Assembly: GCA_963727895.1 (NCBI GenBank)
Contig: CAVSHT010000004.1
Coordinates: forward strand, 320,001-384,000
DNA: 64,000 nucleotides
Origin: an uncultured Methanosarcinaceae archaeon
GTDB taxonomy: Archaea; Halobacteriota; Methanosarcinia; Methanosarcinales; Methanosarcinaceae
Reading direction: 5' to 3'
Shown here: positions 1 to 11,847 of the stretch, one piece after another
Position numbering within the stretch: position 1 is the stretch's first letter
Layout of the letters: each line of letters begins with the position of its first letter
Position numbers and translations under genes: made by a program
The notes under the pieces: model-generated
What the model was told of the DNA's origin: nothing
Database searches by the model: none
Seen by the model: only the letters and a program-made list of their open reading frames with translations

Positions 1-453
1 GAAATTATATTCAGCAGTCAGTGGCAATGGATAAGGCTCTCCACCCGCAAACATTGTTCCTATTTTGTAAACTGGATATCCAGGCTCAGTGTAGAGCACG
101 ACATCGCCGGGGTTGACAAAAGCGAGTGGGATATGCGCTACTGCTTCCTTTGACCCGAGCAGGGAAAGGACTTCAGTTGCAGGGTCAAGTTCAACCCCTT
201 TGTATTTTTTACACCAATCTGCCGCCGCTTTCCTGAAATCCGCTCTTCCAGCGTAAGACGGATACTGGTGCGTTTTTGGATCGCAAACAGCTTCTCGCAT
301 AGCCTCGACAATGTGAGGGTGTGTCGGCATGTCAGGATCTCCAACACCAAGGTCGATGACGTCAACTCCCTTGGCAATTAATTCGTCTCTTGCTTCATCT
401 ATTGTAGCAAAAAGGTATGGGGGTAATGCATTGATTCGATCAGAGTATATCAA
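1..453 (-). CDS. dapL: LL-diaminopimelate aminotransferase, 5' part (runs off window start)
   Basis: Manual translation from TTG at 453: MIYSDRINALPPYLFATIDEARDELIAKGVDVIDLGVGDPDMPTHPHIV...GSKEAVAHIPLAFVNPGDVVLYTEPGYPVY (class I PLP aminotransferase); AGGTGA RBS upstream; missing from ORF track. Confidence 0.85.
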   Translation of the reverse strand, partial: MIYSDRINALPPYLFATIDEARDELIAKGVDVIDLGVGDPDMPTHPHIVEAMREAVCDPKTHQYPSYAGRADFRKAAADWCKKYKGVELDPATEVLSLLGSKEAVAHIPLAFVNPGDVVLYTEPGYPVYKIGTMFAGGEPYPLPLTAEYNF

Positions 454-611
454 ATAAAGTCACCTAAAGATGATTGGCATGCTTAAGTGAACCATAGTTA
501 CGGTATTTTGAATATTAAAATGTATGGGATGAAGATACGTGAAGTGGAAATTGAAAATTAAACTTGGTATAAGTATGGTTAACAGAAGTAAATTAAGAAG
601 CATCTACAGAT

Positions 612-647
612 TTGTTGCTTTTTAGGAACTTGTTGCTTTTTAGGAAC
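612..647. repeat. 18-bp tandem duplication TTGTTGCTTTTTAGGAAC x2
   Basis: Direct reading. Confidence 0.9.
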
Positions 648-1020
648 GGTTCATCCGAGTTTTTAACAGGAACTTTATCTAGTCTTGGATTCTATTAACT
701 GAAACTCTAAATATTTATTATTATTTATAAGGGTTGTATTTTGCTCTAGGACCAATAAAAACTCTTAGTGGTAAAGTTTCTGAGGTTACAGCTGCATGAA
801 TTTTTATTCTTTTCTTTTAAATATTCGATAGATTTCATTAACTAAAGATTTGATAATAATTTTCATAATTAATATTTTAATGTTGTCTGAGAAAATAACA
901 TTTAGTACGGAAATATTATTTGTTCGTAACCAATTTTTCATATAATTAATTTTAAATAAATTTGAAAACTATTATAATTTGTAACCACCATAAAATAAGA
1001 GTAGATCAAAAAGAGTATCT

Positions 1021-1060
1021 TAGACCATGTAAGACAAAATTAGACCATGTAAGACAAAAT
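1021..1060. repeat. 20-bp tandem duplication TAGACCATGTAAGACAAAAT x2
   Basis: Direct reading. Confidence 0.9.
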
Positions 1061-1859
1061 GGATGGATCAACACAAGTGGAGAAATAGAGAACTGACTGG
1101 TAGGATATGTGAGTAAAGAATTGCCTGGAAGAAGTCCTAATCCAATAAATATATTGATGCGGTATATTTTTTGGATTATTTTATCGGGGGATAGAATGAC
1201 AGGAATAAAAATCTTCCAGGCTTCCTTTAATCAATTCTATTATGATTTTCCCTCTTTTTCATTAATTAAGATATTCACTATTTGGGATATTTGTTAAAAC
1301 AATAATTTTTCTGCTTCTTTTAGGCATCATATACAATAAATTATTTTAGATAATGAGGTTTTCATTTCCGAAAAAATTGATTTTGAAAATCTAAATATTT
1401 TTGATTTATTATTTGTGAATATTCTGGCTATGTAGAAATTCTCTCATTTCTATTTTTGCCCAAAATATTATTATATTAAAAAAGTAGAATTCTCATACAG
1501 TGATCAATTGATGAGAATTCCTGTACAATATTTTTGTCTGATCTTGTTTGCTATGCTTTAGGTATGTAAACATAAGATAAAAACGATATATAATTACCTG
1601 AAATTAAATTTTAAGCATTTATGGATATTGGTTAACGTTAAAATGTTTAACGAGAGTAATTATTTTAACGGTATTACCTATTTTTTATTGGAATAAATAA
1701 TTTAAATGGAAAAATTGAAAAAAATTAAGCTCAATTTTTCGGCAATAAATGAAGTCTCTGTATATAGTCTCATAGACCTTGGCATTTGTGTATAGTTTCA
1801 TTACCCGATACTATTCCTAAAAAATGTATACTTGTTTTATTTTCTTTAATTCCAAAAAA

Positions 1860-4289
1860 TCAGCTACTCTGGTCCATTATTTTATAATACTTCACTTTCA
1901 GAAAATCGGTTATAACAAAAGCCACAAGTGCATAGATCCAGACAAAACCTGCCAGCTTCCATCCTATAGCAGATATATATAATCCGTACACTTCAACGAG
2001 TGTTGCCAGAATTTTTGTAATCACTGCAGCCCAAAAGAGAAGTTTTCCCGGGGGAGGAGACCAGAAGTGCCCACGATTGCGAGCAACAAATGTGGTCAGA
2101 TGCCCAGCTATTGCAAGTTTCAGGAAAATAAAAGACTGCAGTATATCAGGACTGAGATGAAGAACCCTGGCTCCGATATAGTATATTAAGAATGAAGCAA
2201 TCACACCTATGATTCCCAGAAATGTGGATATCCTCAGGACTTCTCGCATGTTCCATTTTTCTGGTTTTTGAGAATAATGCACATTATCATATGCAATAGC
2301 CATTATAGGAGCATCATTGAAAATTGCAAGCAAAACAATCATTACAGCGGTTACGGGATAAAAATTAAACACAATTATTGCAGTGGCAATGAAAAAAAGT
2401 ACCCGGACAGTTTCGGCAATTCTGTAGATGGAATAGCTCTTCATCCTCTGGAATATCTTGCGGCTTTCCTTTATTGCATTAATAATGACCGAAAGACCTG
2501 AAATTGTAAACACGATATCTGCAGCGGATTTTGCAGCATCTGTAGCCCCCGCAACAGCAATTCCCGCATCAGCCATTTTCAGGGCAGGGACATCGTTAAC
2601 TCCATCGCCTGTCATGCCGACAATATGTCCTTCTTTCAGAAGGAGTCCAACGATCCTGTATTTGTGTTCGGGAAATACCTGGGCAAACCCGTCTGCTTTC
2701 TCTACAACTTCCTTTGCTTCAGAATCAGATTTTTCTGTGAAATCGTCAGCTGTAATTATATTCGTGCCAAGGCCTACCTGTCTTGCTATCTCCCTGGCAA
2801 TGGCAATGTGGTCCCAGTTACCATTTTCACGTCTACATTTAAAGAATTTGCTGTCTTTATGGTATCAGCGGAATCTTCATGTGGTGGGTCATAAAGTCCA
2901 AAAAGTCCTGCAAACCTGTATTTTCCCTTTTCTTCCACACACATTCCAAGGGCACGATATCCTTTTGAAGCCAGAAAATCTACTTTTTCTTCTACTTTCT
3001 GCCTTATTTCCTCTTTATTGCTTGACATGTCCAGAATAACCTGGGGTGCACCTTTTGCAACTTTAAGCTCCCATCAGGCCCTTTAACTGTAGCCTCGGTG
3101 TGCTTTATGACGGGGTCAAATGGCGTGAACTCCTTGACTTTATAAGTACCTATTTTTTCTTTAATTGATCCTTCAGCCTTTGCCTTCTGGAGGATTGCAT
3201 TATCAATCGGGTCATTATCTTCTTCCCTTGAAGCCAGCGAACCGTAGATCAGAAAGTCGTTTTCGTTAAAGTCTCCGAGAGGTACGAATTCGGACAATTT
3301 TAATTTGTTCTGGGTAATTGTACCGGTTTTGTCTGAACATAGAACGTCCATTCCGGCCATTTCCTCTATAGAGACCAGTTTACTGACAATGGCTCCTTTT
3401 TTTGCGAGTTCAGTGGCGCCCACGGCCATTGAAAGGGACATTACAGCAGGAAGGGCTGCAGGAATTGCAGCTACTATCAACACAAGAGCAAACTGGAGAG
3501 TTTCCAGAAAAGGAGTGTGCCTGAAAAGTTATTCAATAACTAAAACAATTGCAACAATAAAACCTGCAAGGACAATCAGGTAGTTTCCTATTTTGAGGAC
3601 AGCTTTTTGAAAATGGCTCCTTGTCCTAATCTCAGCTACCAGTTTTGTTGTCTCGCCAAAATAGGTATTCATTCCAGTAGCCACAACCAGAGCATTCATT
3701 TCTCCTTTCTGGATAACGGATCCTGAATAAGCAATGCCATCATATTTTTTTTCTACAGGCAAGGATTCTCCAGTAAGGGCTGATTCGTCTACCTGCAGAT
3801 ATTCTCCTTCTATAAGCTTAAGGTCGGCAGGCACAATATCTCCTGAACGTACACGGACAACATCCCGTGGGACAAGTTCCCTTGCAGGTATTTAGGTCCA
3901 TTGCCCTCCTCTAAGTACTCTGGCATTCAGAGCCATTTTCTGCTTAAGGAGTTCAATTGCGTTGTCAGCTTTGTGTTCCTGCCAGAATCCCACAACTCCA
4001 TTTAAGATAAGAAGCAAGGAGATGATCACAAAATCTTCCCAGCGCTGGATAATTCCTGAAATTATAGCTGCCACTTCGATCATCCAGGGAATTGGGCCCC
4101 AAAAATAACTTAAAAATTTTTTAAGTGGACTAACCTTTTTTCGGAAATTTCATTATAACCATACTGCTTAATCCGGCTCTCAGCTTCAGATGAAAAAAGT
4201 CCCTTATTACTTGAATCAAGTTTTTTCAGGACTTCATCTGCAGGTAACTCTTTTATTTCATCAACTTTGAGCTTCACATTTTCCTTTAT
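1860..4289 (-). pseudogene. Plasma-membrane proton-efflux P-type ATPase (P3A), disrupted
   Basis: Consecutive fragments carry DESALTGES, CSDKTGT and MTGDGVNDVPALK; TAA stops at ~3892 and ~3529; 1-bp frameshifts at ~4138, ~3070 and ~2815; start uncertain. Confidence 0.92.
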
Positions 4290-4330
4290 GAATAAACCCC
4301 CACAGCCATGATTTTTCCCAATATCTTTTT

Positions 4331-5088
4331 GGTATTGTTATCTAAATATATCTAGTTCTTTATTTCTGTATTTCATCAATAGAATAACCGAGTACTTTAG
4401 CATTTCAAGACTTTTTGTATAACACTTTGTCTTTCTTCTCAACCTTGCCAAAAAGTGCCTCAATATGCTGTTATATCCTTCAACTGTAAATGTTTCTGCT
4501 TTTGATTGAGTATGGATCTTTTCTGGAAAAAACTCTGCATATGCTCTCCAGTGATCTGTCATCACTTCTCCAATCTCTTTTTTCTTCACTTTTTCCCAGA
4601 GTAGTTTTCCAGTTTCCGTTCCTCTGCTACCAAAAGAGCAGTTGATGAACTTTTTCCCATCTCTATCAACAGCAATCCAGATCCAGCAATATTTTTTTTG
4701 TTACCGATGTGAGTGTGCATTTTATCCATTTCAACAATAGATATCTCATTTTCACTTTTTAGGTCCTCTAACTCCTGACCAAATTTCTTTATCCATCTTT
4801 GGACAGAAACATGACTCACCCCTAAAAATCGTCCTATTGAACGAAAGCCTAATCCTTCAAGGTAAAGTTGTAAAGCCTGTTTTTTAACAGAGGCAGAAAA
4901 AGCAGTTGATTTTAGCTCTACTGTATAGTTATATCCACAATTATGGCATTTGTGGCGTTGACGACCACCAACTATACCGTTCTCACCAACTATACCATTC
5001 TTTTTGTGATTAGAACTATTACATTTTGGGCAGTTCATGAAGAAATATGTGTTATAAGCACATATATCTATTTTTGTTTACCAATGCC
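4331..5088 (-). mobile_element. IS1-family element, copy 1 (InsA/InsB joined by A8 -1 frameshift site)
   Basis: Ends GGTATTG...CAATGCC; CPKC/CHNC zinc finger, HTH, YCWIWIAVDR, TDHWRAY, VEGYNSILRHFLARL; 18-bp in-frame duplication; no target duplication. Confidence 0.92.
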
Positions 5089-5357
5089 AAAAATTTTAGT
5101 AAATTTTAAAATAATATATTATCAATAAATTTTAAAATAATATCTCATTTTTTCAGTCATAAAAAATCTATAAACAATATCAAATTCCGATTTATATATT
5201 GAAGCTGAAAAATAAAAATATATAACATAATTTCATTATTAAATAGGAAGCTCTAGTCCACCTATACTGTAAATGATTGATCTGTGAAAGATTGACCGTG
5301 AAATTAAACCTTTTAATAGTCTTTATTTCCCTGTTTTCTTCAAAACTATTTGCAGTA

Positions 5358-6320
5358 TTATTTAGGACATTGTGTCCCAGGACATTCACGGATATACTGC
5401 AGAACATCTCTCATTTTTGCACTTGCCATTGATACAGATGTATCTGCACTACCGTAATAAATGCGAAGTTCATCTTCAACTACAACCCATCCACAGGGAA
5501 AAACAATATCATTAACGTCTCCACTACGTTCATACATTTCACGAGGCCCGAAAATCCATCCCTCTGACCTGTGGAGCACTTTTCTTGGATTTTCAAGGTC
5601 AAGAAGAGCTAGTCCTACCCGATAACTCGTTTTAGCTGTTGTTCTGCGTGCTCCATAGTACATAATTAACCACCCATCAGGTGTTTGGATTGGATGAGGA
5701 GACAATCCTATCTTGTCTGCATCCCACCATCCTCCATCTCTAGAATACAGAAGAACCTGATGGCTTCCCCAATGTTTCATATCAGGTGAAAAAGATATCC
5801 AGATATTTATTTTTGTACCATACATGCAGGATACAGGTCTGTGTAACATTGCCCATCTGCCATTAAACCTTACAGGAAAAAGAGCAGAATCCTTATTTTC
5901 AGGAGGTAGTGTAGCACCCATTCGATCAAAATTCCGGAAGTCTTCTGTAAAGGCAAGTGAAGTTAAGGGTCCAGAAGCTGAAAATGCCGTGTATGTTACA
6001 GCCCATTTTTCCAGCTCATCTATGTAGGTTATACGCGGATCTTCGATACCGTATATCTCTTCAGGATAATTTATGGAATCCGGAGCAAAAGTTGGTTCAG
6101 AATCAATTTCCCAACCATCAATCCCGTTCTTACTCCTGGCTACCGTAAGGTGAGAAAAGCCCCTGTGATCTTCAACCCTGACAAGCAGCAGAGTTTTCCC
6201 ATCGACTATAGCAGCTGCAGGGTTAAAAACTGAATTTGCCTTGTAAGGCCAATTGTCAACGGTAAGTATAGGATTTTTTTTGCATCTTACAAATAGTTCC
6301 CCCTGTTCTTCCCATGTCAT
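5358..6320 (-). CDS. GH130-family glycosidase/mannoside phosphorylase
   Basis: VFNPAA, GIEDPRIT, NKDSALFP, LHRP, VFPCG and YYGSADT motifs; likely start MTWEEQ. Confidence 0.85.
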   Translation of the reverse strand: MTWEEQGELFVRCKKNPILTVDNWPYKANSVFNPAAAIVDGKTLLLVRVEDHRGFSHLTVARSKNGIDGWEIDSEPTFAPDSINYPEEIYGIEDPRITYIDELEKWAVTYTAFSASGPLTSLAFTEDFRNFDRMGATLPPENKDSALFPVRFNGRWAMLHRPVSCMYGTKINIWISFSPDMKHWGSHQVLLYSRDGGWWDADKIGLSPHPIQTPDGWLIMYYGARRTTAKTSYRVGLALLDLENPRKVLHRSEGWIFGPREMYERSGDVNDIVFPCGWVVVEDELRIYYGSADTSVSMASAKMRDVLQYIRECPGTQCPK

Positions 6321-6396
6321 ATTATCCCCTCTATCGAGCAATTTCATTTAAACAGTGCTAATTTCTCCAACAGAAATTTCTAACTTACTTATGCTC

Positions 6397-6570
6397 TTAT
6401 TCATAAGGCACCGAGAACTTTGATTCAACTGAATCCCTATAAAATATATTGTATGTGCAAAAAGGAATTATTCTACCATCTGATGTGGCATAATGTACCC
6501 CGCATTTTTTGATTATTTTTAGATCTATGTTATACAAATCCTGAAAATGCAGTGTTCCAAAGAATAGTGT
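6397..6570 (-). pseudogene. C-terminal remnant of a Tes/MJ0619-like radical SAM protein
   Basis: LHFQDLYNIDLKIIKKCGVHYATSDGRIIPFCTYNIFYR resembles the family C-terminus; N-terminal domains absent. Confidence 0.65.
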
Positions 6571-6779
6571 ATTTCTGTAGTTAACTGTTAGAACTCTCAA
6601 CTCTAAAAAAGTATTAAATGTGGTCTTTTTTGCGTAAAACCTGAATATATAACTTTATTGAATATAGAACTTTATTGAATAAAGTCAACCAAAAACAAAG
6701 CTCGAAGCTTTCTAAGATGATATTTCGGATCATTCTCCATATCGAGACTTAGATATCCATGTCCTCTTTGTTAATGTTT

Positions 6780-7796
6780 TCATTTGTTACATAGTCCAAT
6801 AGCCTTATTTGTCTTATCAATTGACTTTGCACCTTCGCTTTCAAGTTCCATCATAGCCCTTATAGCGTCAACGTTTTCCGGAACTACAATAGACTCCTGA
6901 TGGACAGCATGGAAGAAGTAAATCTCTTTTTCAGTCACTGTAACGGATTCGGGCCAGATACAGAGCTCCCACATATCATTTCTTGGGCGTCTAATATCTC
7001 TAGCAAATTCAATTATTTCGGCTGTTGAAGTAATTCCCTGTCCTACTAAACGGATCCTGGACTGAGAACCAAAAATACTCCGAACGTCTTCTGCAGTGCA
7101 GTCCTTATTGACTTCCATATTTACAGTGTGCACATGCATAAGGGTCGTCGGGACTTTTATAGCTGCAGTTGTTATGTTTATGTGAGGGAGAACACTCCTG
7201 ACATCCGGTCCGTGGTGAGACGGAAGCTTTATCGGGTTAAGTATGATTGCATTAACAGGGCCCTTTTTAATTTCATTGGGATCAACTGCTCTTCTTGTAA
7301 GACTTACTCTTACTTTTTTTACTTCCAACTCCTTGTCTAGCGGATAAATAGCCCTGCAAAGTGCTGTAGTATTACATGAAACAACTCTTACCAGATCGTG
7401 TCCCAAAGCCTGTTCGTAATTACTCTCTGCATTAAAGGAAAAGCCTGCAAGTGGATGGCTTTCGCCTCCCTGCCAGATTGCCTTTATTCCAGCCTTTTCA
7501 TAAAGTGGCTTATTTTTTTCCCCAACTCCCCCTGGAGTGCAGTCCACAACAAGATCAGCCTTTTCGACCATTTCTTCAATTGTTCCGGCTGTTTGCATTC
7601 CTTCTTTCTCAAAAGCTTCAGTGTTCTCAGCAGGAGCATATATATCGTATCCAAGTTTATGTGCCACTGCAGCCTCATAATTTGGCTTTGTCTTGGAAAC
7701 CCCAACAACTTCCATGTCGTCCTGAGCCTTAACGGCATCTGCAACCCTTTTTCCTATAGTTCCGTAACCATTTATCGCAATCTTTGCTTTAGCCAT
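6780..7796 (-). CDS. gap: Type II (archaeal) glyceraldehyde-3-phosphate dehydrogenase
   Basis: NGYGTIGKRVADAV, VVSCNTT catalytic Cys, HQESIVVPENVDAIRAM. Confidence 0.97.
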   Translation of the reverse strand: MAKAKIAINGYGTIGKRVADAVKAQDDMEVVGVSKTKPNYEAAVAHKLGYDIYAPAENTEAFEKEGMQTAGTIEEMVEKADLVVDCTPGGVGEKNKPLYEKAGIKAIWQGGESHPLAGFSFNAESNYEQALGHDLVRVVSCNTTALCRAIYPLDKELEVKKVRVSLTRRAVDPNEIKKGPVNAIILNPIKLPSHHGPDVRSVLPHINITTAAIKVPTTLMHVHTVNMEVNKDCTAEDVRSIFGSQSRIRLVGQGITSTAEIIEFARDIRRPRNDMWELCIWPESVTVTEKEIYFFHAVHQESIVVPENVDAIRAMMELESEGAKSIDKTNKAIGLCNK

Positions 7797-8062
7797 TGTT
7801 ATCCTATCCTTTTATTTTCTATATCTTAGGATTTACGCGCTTAAAGTCCAAAATCAGGTACATTCGATGTGATGGTTCAGTTTACTTCTCAGACTGTTAA
7901 AGGTTAACAACATTGATTTCTCAGTTTAACTGCATAATTCCTGCATTCAATTCCAGATAATTCTTATTAGAGACCTATCCGTGAGATTTCGTGGCATATT
8001 CTGTAACCATAAAACAGACTATAACTTTTCAACTGGTAGTTTTGACTTTTCGGACAGACTCA

Positions 8063-8611
8063 TTATTCAAACGCTGTAAATTTTTCTTTCAATGCACCAC
8101 ATATAGGGCATACATCAGGTGCATCTCCTTCAAGGGTATATCCGCATACCTCGCAAACCTGAACAGGGCCCAGTTCTACGTCTTTTCCTGAATTCACCGA
8201 GTCTAATGCTTTTTCATAAAGTATTTTATGCATTTTTTCAGTACCCCAGGACCATTCAAAACTTCTTTGTGCGCCTTTTTCTTCCTGGAATTTGGCAACT
8301 TCAATGTATGTTGGATACATTTCTTCAATCTCGTATGTTTCACCGGCAATGGCAAGTTTAAGGTTTTTCCTGGTATCTCCAGGACCAAAAGCTGCCATGC
8401 TATTTGCGACAAATCCTCCATCAAGGTGTTTTAACTCTCGAAAGTGGTCTCCTGCATGTATATATTCAGCGTGAGCAATTGCACTAAACAGTCGAGCCAC
8501 ATTACTATATTTTTCGTTTTCAGCCTGATTTGCAAAATGTGCATACCTCATATATGCCTGACTTTCTCCCCCAAATGCATTGATGAGATTCTGTTGTGTA
8601 GTCATCCTCAT
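8063..8611 (-). CDS. Rubrerythrin
   Basis: AFGGESQA, ExxH diiron motifs, C-terminal CEVCG...CPICG rubredoxin domain. Confidence 0.93.
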   Translation of the reverse strand: MRMTTQQNLINAFGGESQAYMRYAHFANQAENEKYSNVARLFSAIAHAEYIHAGDHFRELKHLDGGFVANSMAAFGPGDTRKNLKLAIAGETYEIEEMYPTYIEVAKFQEEKGAQRSFEWSWGTEKMHKILYEKALDSVNSGKDVELGPVQVCEVCGYTLEGDAPDVCPICGALKEKFTAFE

Positions 8612-9012
8612 TTGAAGCCCCCCGTTTCAATAAATCTAATCGTTTCGTGTCTTTAGGACTTGAGAATTTTAGAGCAAAAAAGCATGAGTAAGCTGTTACA
8701 ATACTACAACTAAAAAATTTCAATCTCATGCTATTTATTTTAGTTTACTGCGTAAGTCCTGAGTCATATTATTTAGATTTAAATATAATTAAATAAAATG
8801 TCATAGAATACAAAGCCTTTTGCATCGGTTAATTGTCTTAAAAGTAGTAATCAAGGAATTCTTTGTGAATATAGAAATTGATTAACGCAGTTAAATTGAA
8901 AAATAATAGCACAAAATTTCAAACTGCTTGAATTGGTATCTATAACTGACTTTTTCGGGTTCACCTACAGAGCGAATAAATAACTTAAAGCTAGTGTTGG
9001 TATGGCGATAGT

Positions 9013-9585
9013 ATGAAGGAATTAACTATTGATAAAGCCAAAATAGCTCTTGTGGTTATAGACTTACAGAAAGGAATAGTTTCTCAAGCAACAAAGCCCT
9101 ATCTTGCACAGGACGTTATAAAAAATGCCGCAAAACTCGTGAATACATTTAGGAAAAATGATATGCCTGTATTCCTTGTGCATGTTATAATTACAAAAGA
9201 AACAATGATCAATGTTTTAAGCGATGAATCATTTTTGAGTTCCTCAGCCCCGTCTCCTGACTGGTCTGAATTTGTGCCTGAAATGTCTCCTACTTCAAAG
9301 GATATTGTTATATCCAAAAAACAATGGGGAGCATTTTATGGAACAGACCTGGAACTCCAGTTACGCAGGCGTGGAATGAATACAATTGTGCTCTGTGGAA
9401 TTTCAACCGACTTTGGCGTTGAGAGTACAGCACGTTTTGCCTACGAGTACGGTTTCCAACAAATTTTTGCTGAAGATGCTATGGCTGCCAGATCTGAGGA
9501 ACAACATAATGCAGCTATAAACTTTATATTCAAAAGAATAGGCAGGGTAAGGAAAACGGATGAAATCCTTAAAGCTCTGCAATAA
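9013..9585 (+). CDS. Isochorismatase-family cysteine hydrolase-like protein
   Basis: ALVVIDLQKG, KKQWGAFYGTDLELQLRRRG, GISTDFGVESTAR. Confidence 0.9.
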   Translation: MKELTIDKAKIALVVIDLQKGIVSQATKPYLAQDVIKNAAKLVNTFRKNDMPVFLVHVIITKETMINVLSDESFLSSSAPSPDWSEFVPEMSPTSKDIVISKKQWGAFYGTDLELQLRRRGMNTIVLCGISTDFGVESTARFAYEYGFQQIFAEDAMAARSEEQHNAAINFIFKRIGRVRKTDEILKALQ

Positions 9586-9729
9586 AGGTTTACTTGTATT
9601 AAATTTGATAGCCAATTATTCATATTAATAATTTTATACCAGATGCTAGCACTAATGAAATGTTTAACAGAATAAGGAATCAGATCACAGTTTTTTCATT
9701 ACCTTAAAATATTCAAGAAGGCGAATATA

Positions 9730-10545
9730 ATGAGTGAAATTGACTGGGATACCCCAGAAAATGCTGAAAATTATGATCAAAATTGCGATCACCAGTTTCA
9801 GAAAGGTCAAACACTGATAGAAATGATGAGAATAAAGAGCGGAGATTCTGTACTTGATATAGGCTGCGGAACAGGATGGCAGGCTGCAAATGTCTCGAGA
9901 CTTATTGGGCCACCCGGCAAGCTTATATGTATCGATCCTTCCTCGTATCGTATAGAACTTGCACGGAAAAAGTTTGGCGTTGATTCTCTCAATAGTGTCC
10001 TTTTTCTTGTAGGACAGGCTGAAGATCTTAGTGAAATACCTGACAACTCAATCAAACATGCTTATTTCTGTTCTTCATTCCACTGGATTGATGACAAGAG
10101 AACCGCTCTCAGTGAAACATATAGAGTGCTTCAATCAGGGGGCAGTGTAGGAATGACAACGCTTGATAGAGACAGTCCTGATATGATGAAAATGCTTATA
10201 GATCCTATTTTGGCAAAATATAACATTACAAGGAATTATGAATTACATAGGGGAATAAGTAGAGTCAATGCACAGGAACTCCATAATCTTCTGTCGGAAG
10301 CCGGTTTTACCTTTATTTCAATTGAACCAAAAACGATTCCAAGACATTATCGTTTACCTGAAGAATTTTTGAAAAACCTGGAAGAAAGGAATAGTATGAG
10401 GAGTTTGTTGAAAGATATCCCAGAAGAAATTAAGGAAAAGATTAAACAGGATATTTACGAAGAACTCGCTAAGATCCAAAAACCGGTCTTTGCTGAGTTT
10501 GGAATTGTTACATTGTTCGCAATTGCAAAAAAATCACAAGAGTAA
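9730..10545 (+). CDS. Class I SAM-dependent methyltransferase
   Basis: VLDIGCGTG, SSFHWI, VLQSGG. Confidence 0.88.
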   Translation: MSEIDWDTPENAENYDQNCDHQFQKGQTLIEMMRIKSGDSVLDIGCGTGWQAANVSRLIGPPGKLICIDPSSYRIELARKKFGVDSLNSVLFLVGQAEDLSEIPDNSIKHAYFCSSFHWIDDKRTALSETYRVLQSGGSVGMTTLDRDSPDMMKMLIDPILAKYNITRNYELHRGISRVNAQELHNLLSEAGFTFISIEPKTIPRHYRLPEEFLKNLEERNSMRSLLKDIPEEIKEKIKQDIYEELAKIQKPVFAEFGIVTLFAIAKKSQE

Positions 10546-10862
10546 CATTTATAGAAAATATATATCTGAAATAATTATTTTATACGGCAAGGCTAATTCC
10601 AAACCTTTCCAATTTTGTATTTTGTTATTTTCTTTTCTGTTGTGGATCATTTTTGAAAGATGAAGGAAAAAGAAAACGATGAACTATAATAAAGCAAGGT
10701 ACTTGTAATCATTTGACAAATAAGGTATTTGTAATAACTTTACAATGCAATAACTTTACAACTTTTTTTAATAATTTGTGTACACAACCAGAGAAAGATA
10801 AATATAAACTATTATCTAAGTGAAGGGAAAGTATCAAATACTCTTAACTTATCAGGGAAAGT

Positions 10863-11336
10863 ATGCTAGTTACTTCTTCTCGAAAACCCTCTCCAAAGAG
10901 CCGGGTACTTTGTAAGTTGCTTTCTCGGTTTATAAAAGGCAAGTATATACCACGTGGAAAGATGGGAATGCGGGAGCTCATGGAGTTTTCAGAGAATGAG
11001 TTTTTAATAGTTATAGGAGAGTATCACGGAAATCCAGGGGATCTCAGTTTTCATGATGAAACTGGAAAGCTTCTTTTTTCGCTAAGATTTACAGACTGGT
11101 ATTCGAAAGAACTGGATTCTTACTGGTTTCCGGATGTTGAGCCCGCACTTTCAGGTTCTGGAGATATTGCAGATGCCCTTGAGTCTTTTTTCCATTTTCA
11201 AAGAATTGAAAGCGATAAAATAGATCAACTTCCTGCCAATTCCACCTTAATAGTAATTGAGGAAAAAGATATTGATTTTATAGGAAATGGAAAGTCCCTT
11301 TTTAAACTTAATCTTCGAGGTTTTAAAAATTATTGA
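10863..11336 (+). CDS. Brix-domain rRNA maturation protein
   Basis: [23 protein letters not shown]; directly upstream of pcc1. Confidence 0.88.
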   Translation: MLVTSSRKPSPKSRVLCKLLSRFIKGKYIPRGKMGMRELMEFSENEFLIVIGEYHGNPGDLSFHDETGKLLFSLRFTDWYSKELDSYWFPDVEPALSGSGDIADALESFFHFQRIESDKIDQLPANSTLIVIEEKDIDFIGNGKSLFKLNLRGFKNY

Positions 11337-11468
11337 TTTATAAACCCTTTAAAACCGAATGTTATAAACCAATTTTTTAAAATTAATATTAAAATCAACT
11401 TCCAAAGCAAATTGTAAATTTATTATTTCTTATCCACTTCAAAAATAGGTTTGTTCAGGAGGAATTCT

Positions 11469-11720
11469 TTGAAACTTTTCGCAGAATTCATTTTTGAATC
11501 AGAAACTGCAGATACTATTTACAGAGCTCTTCTACCAGAGCTCGCTGATAATTTTTCAGACAGGTCGGCAATAGATCTGTCTCTGGAAGACACAAATAAG
11601 CTGATACTAGATGTAAAAGCTCAGGATGTGATTTCTCTTCGCTCAGCTTTAAATACATGGTTCAGGCTTATCCAGATTTCCCAAGAGGTCCTTGAAGCTA
11701 CAAATGAAGCAAGTTGTTAA
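11469..11720 (+). CDS. pcc1: KEOPS complex subunit Pcc1
   Basis: IYRALLPE...A.DVISLRSALNTWFRLI; GGAGG RBS before TTG at 11469. Confidence 0.88.
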   Translation: MKLFAEFIFESETADTIYRALLPELADNFSDRSAIDLSLEDTNKLILDVKAQDVISLRSALNTWFRLIQISQEVLEATNEASC

Positions 11721-11847
11721 TCGTTCGAGTTCAGTATAGATAGAGGATTGACTAATGGAATGAAATTTACAGGTTATAAATTCTCAAGTAGATTTTTAAT
11801 TATCCTTTAAATAATAAGAACGAGAAAATTGAAACTGCTAGATCATG

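Noticed and set aside
138..377. 79-aa ORF in the ORF track
   Set aside because: Alternative frame within dapL
1860..4289. Pyrrolysine read-through rescuing the ATPase fragments
   Set aside because: The internal stops are TAA, not TAG, and frameshifts are also present
4338..5038. IS1 split into two ORFs as evidence of pseudogenisation
   Set aside because: The split at the A8 run is shared by the copies and matches the programmed -1 frameshift of IS1
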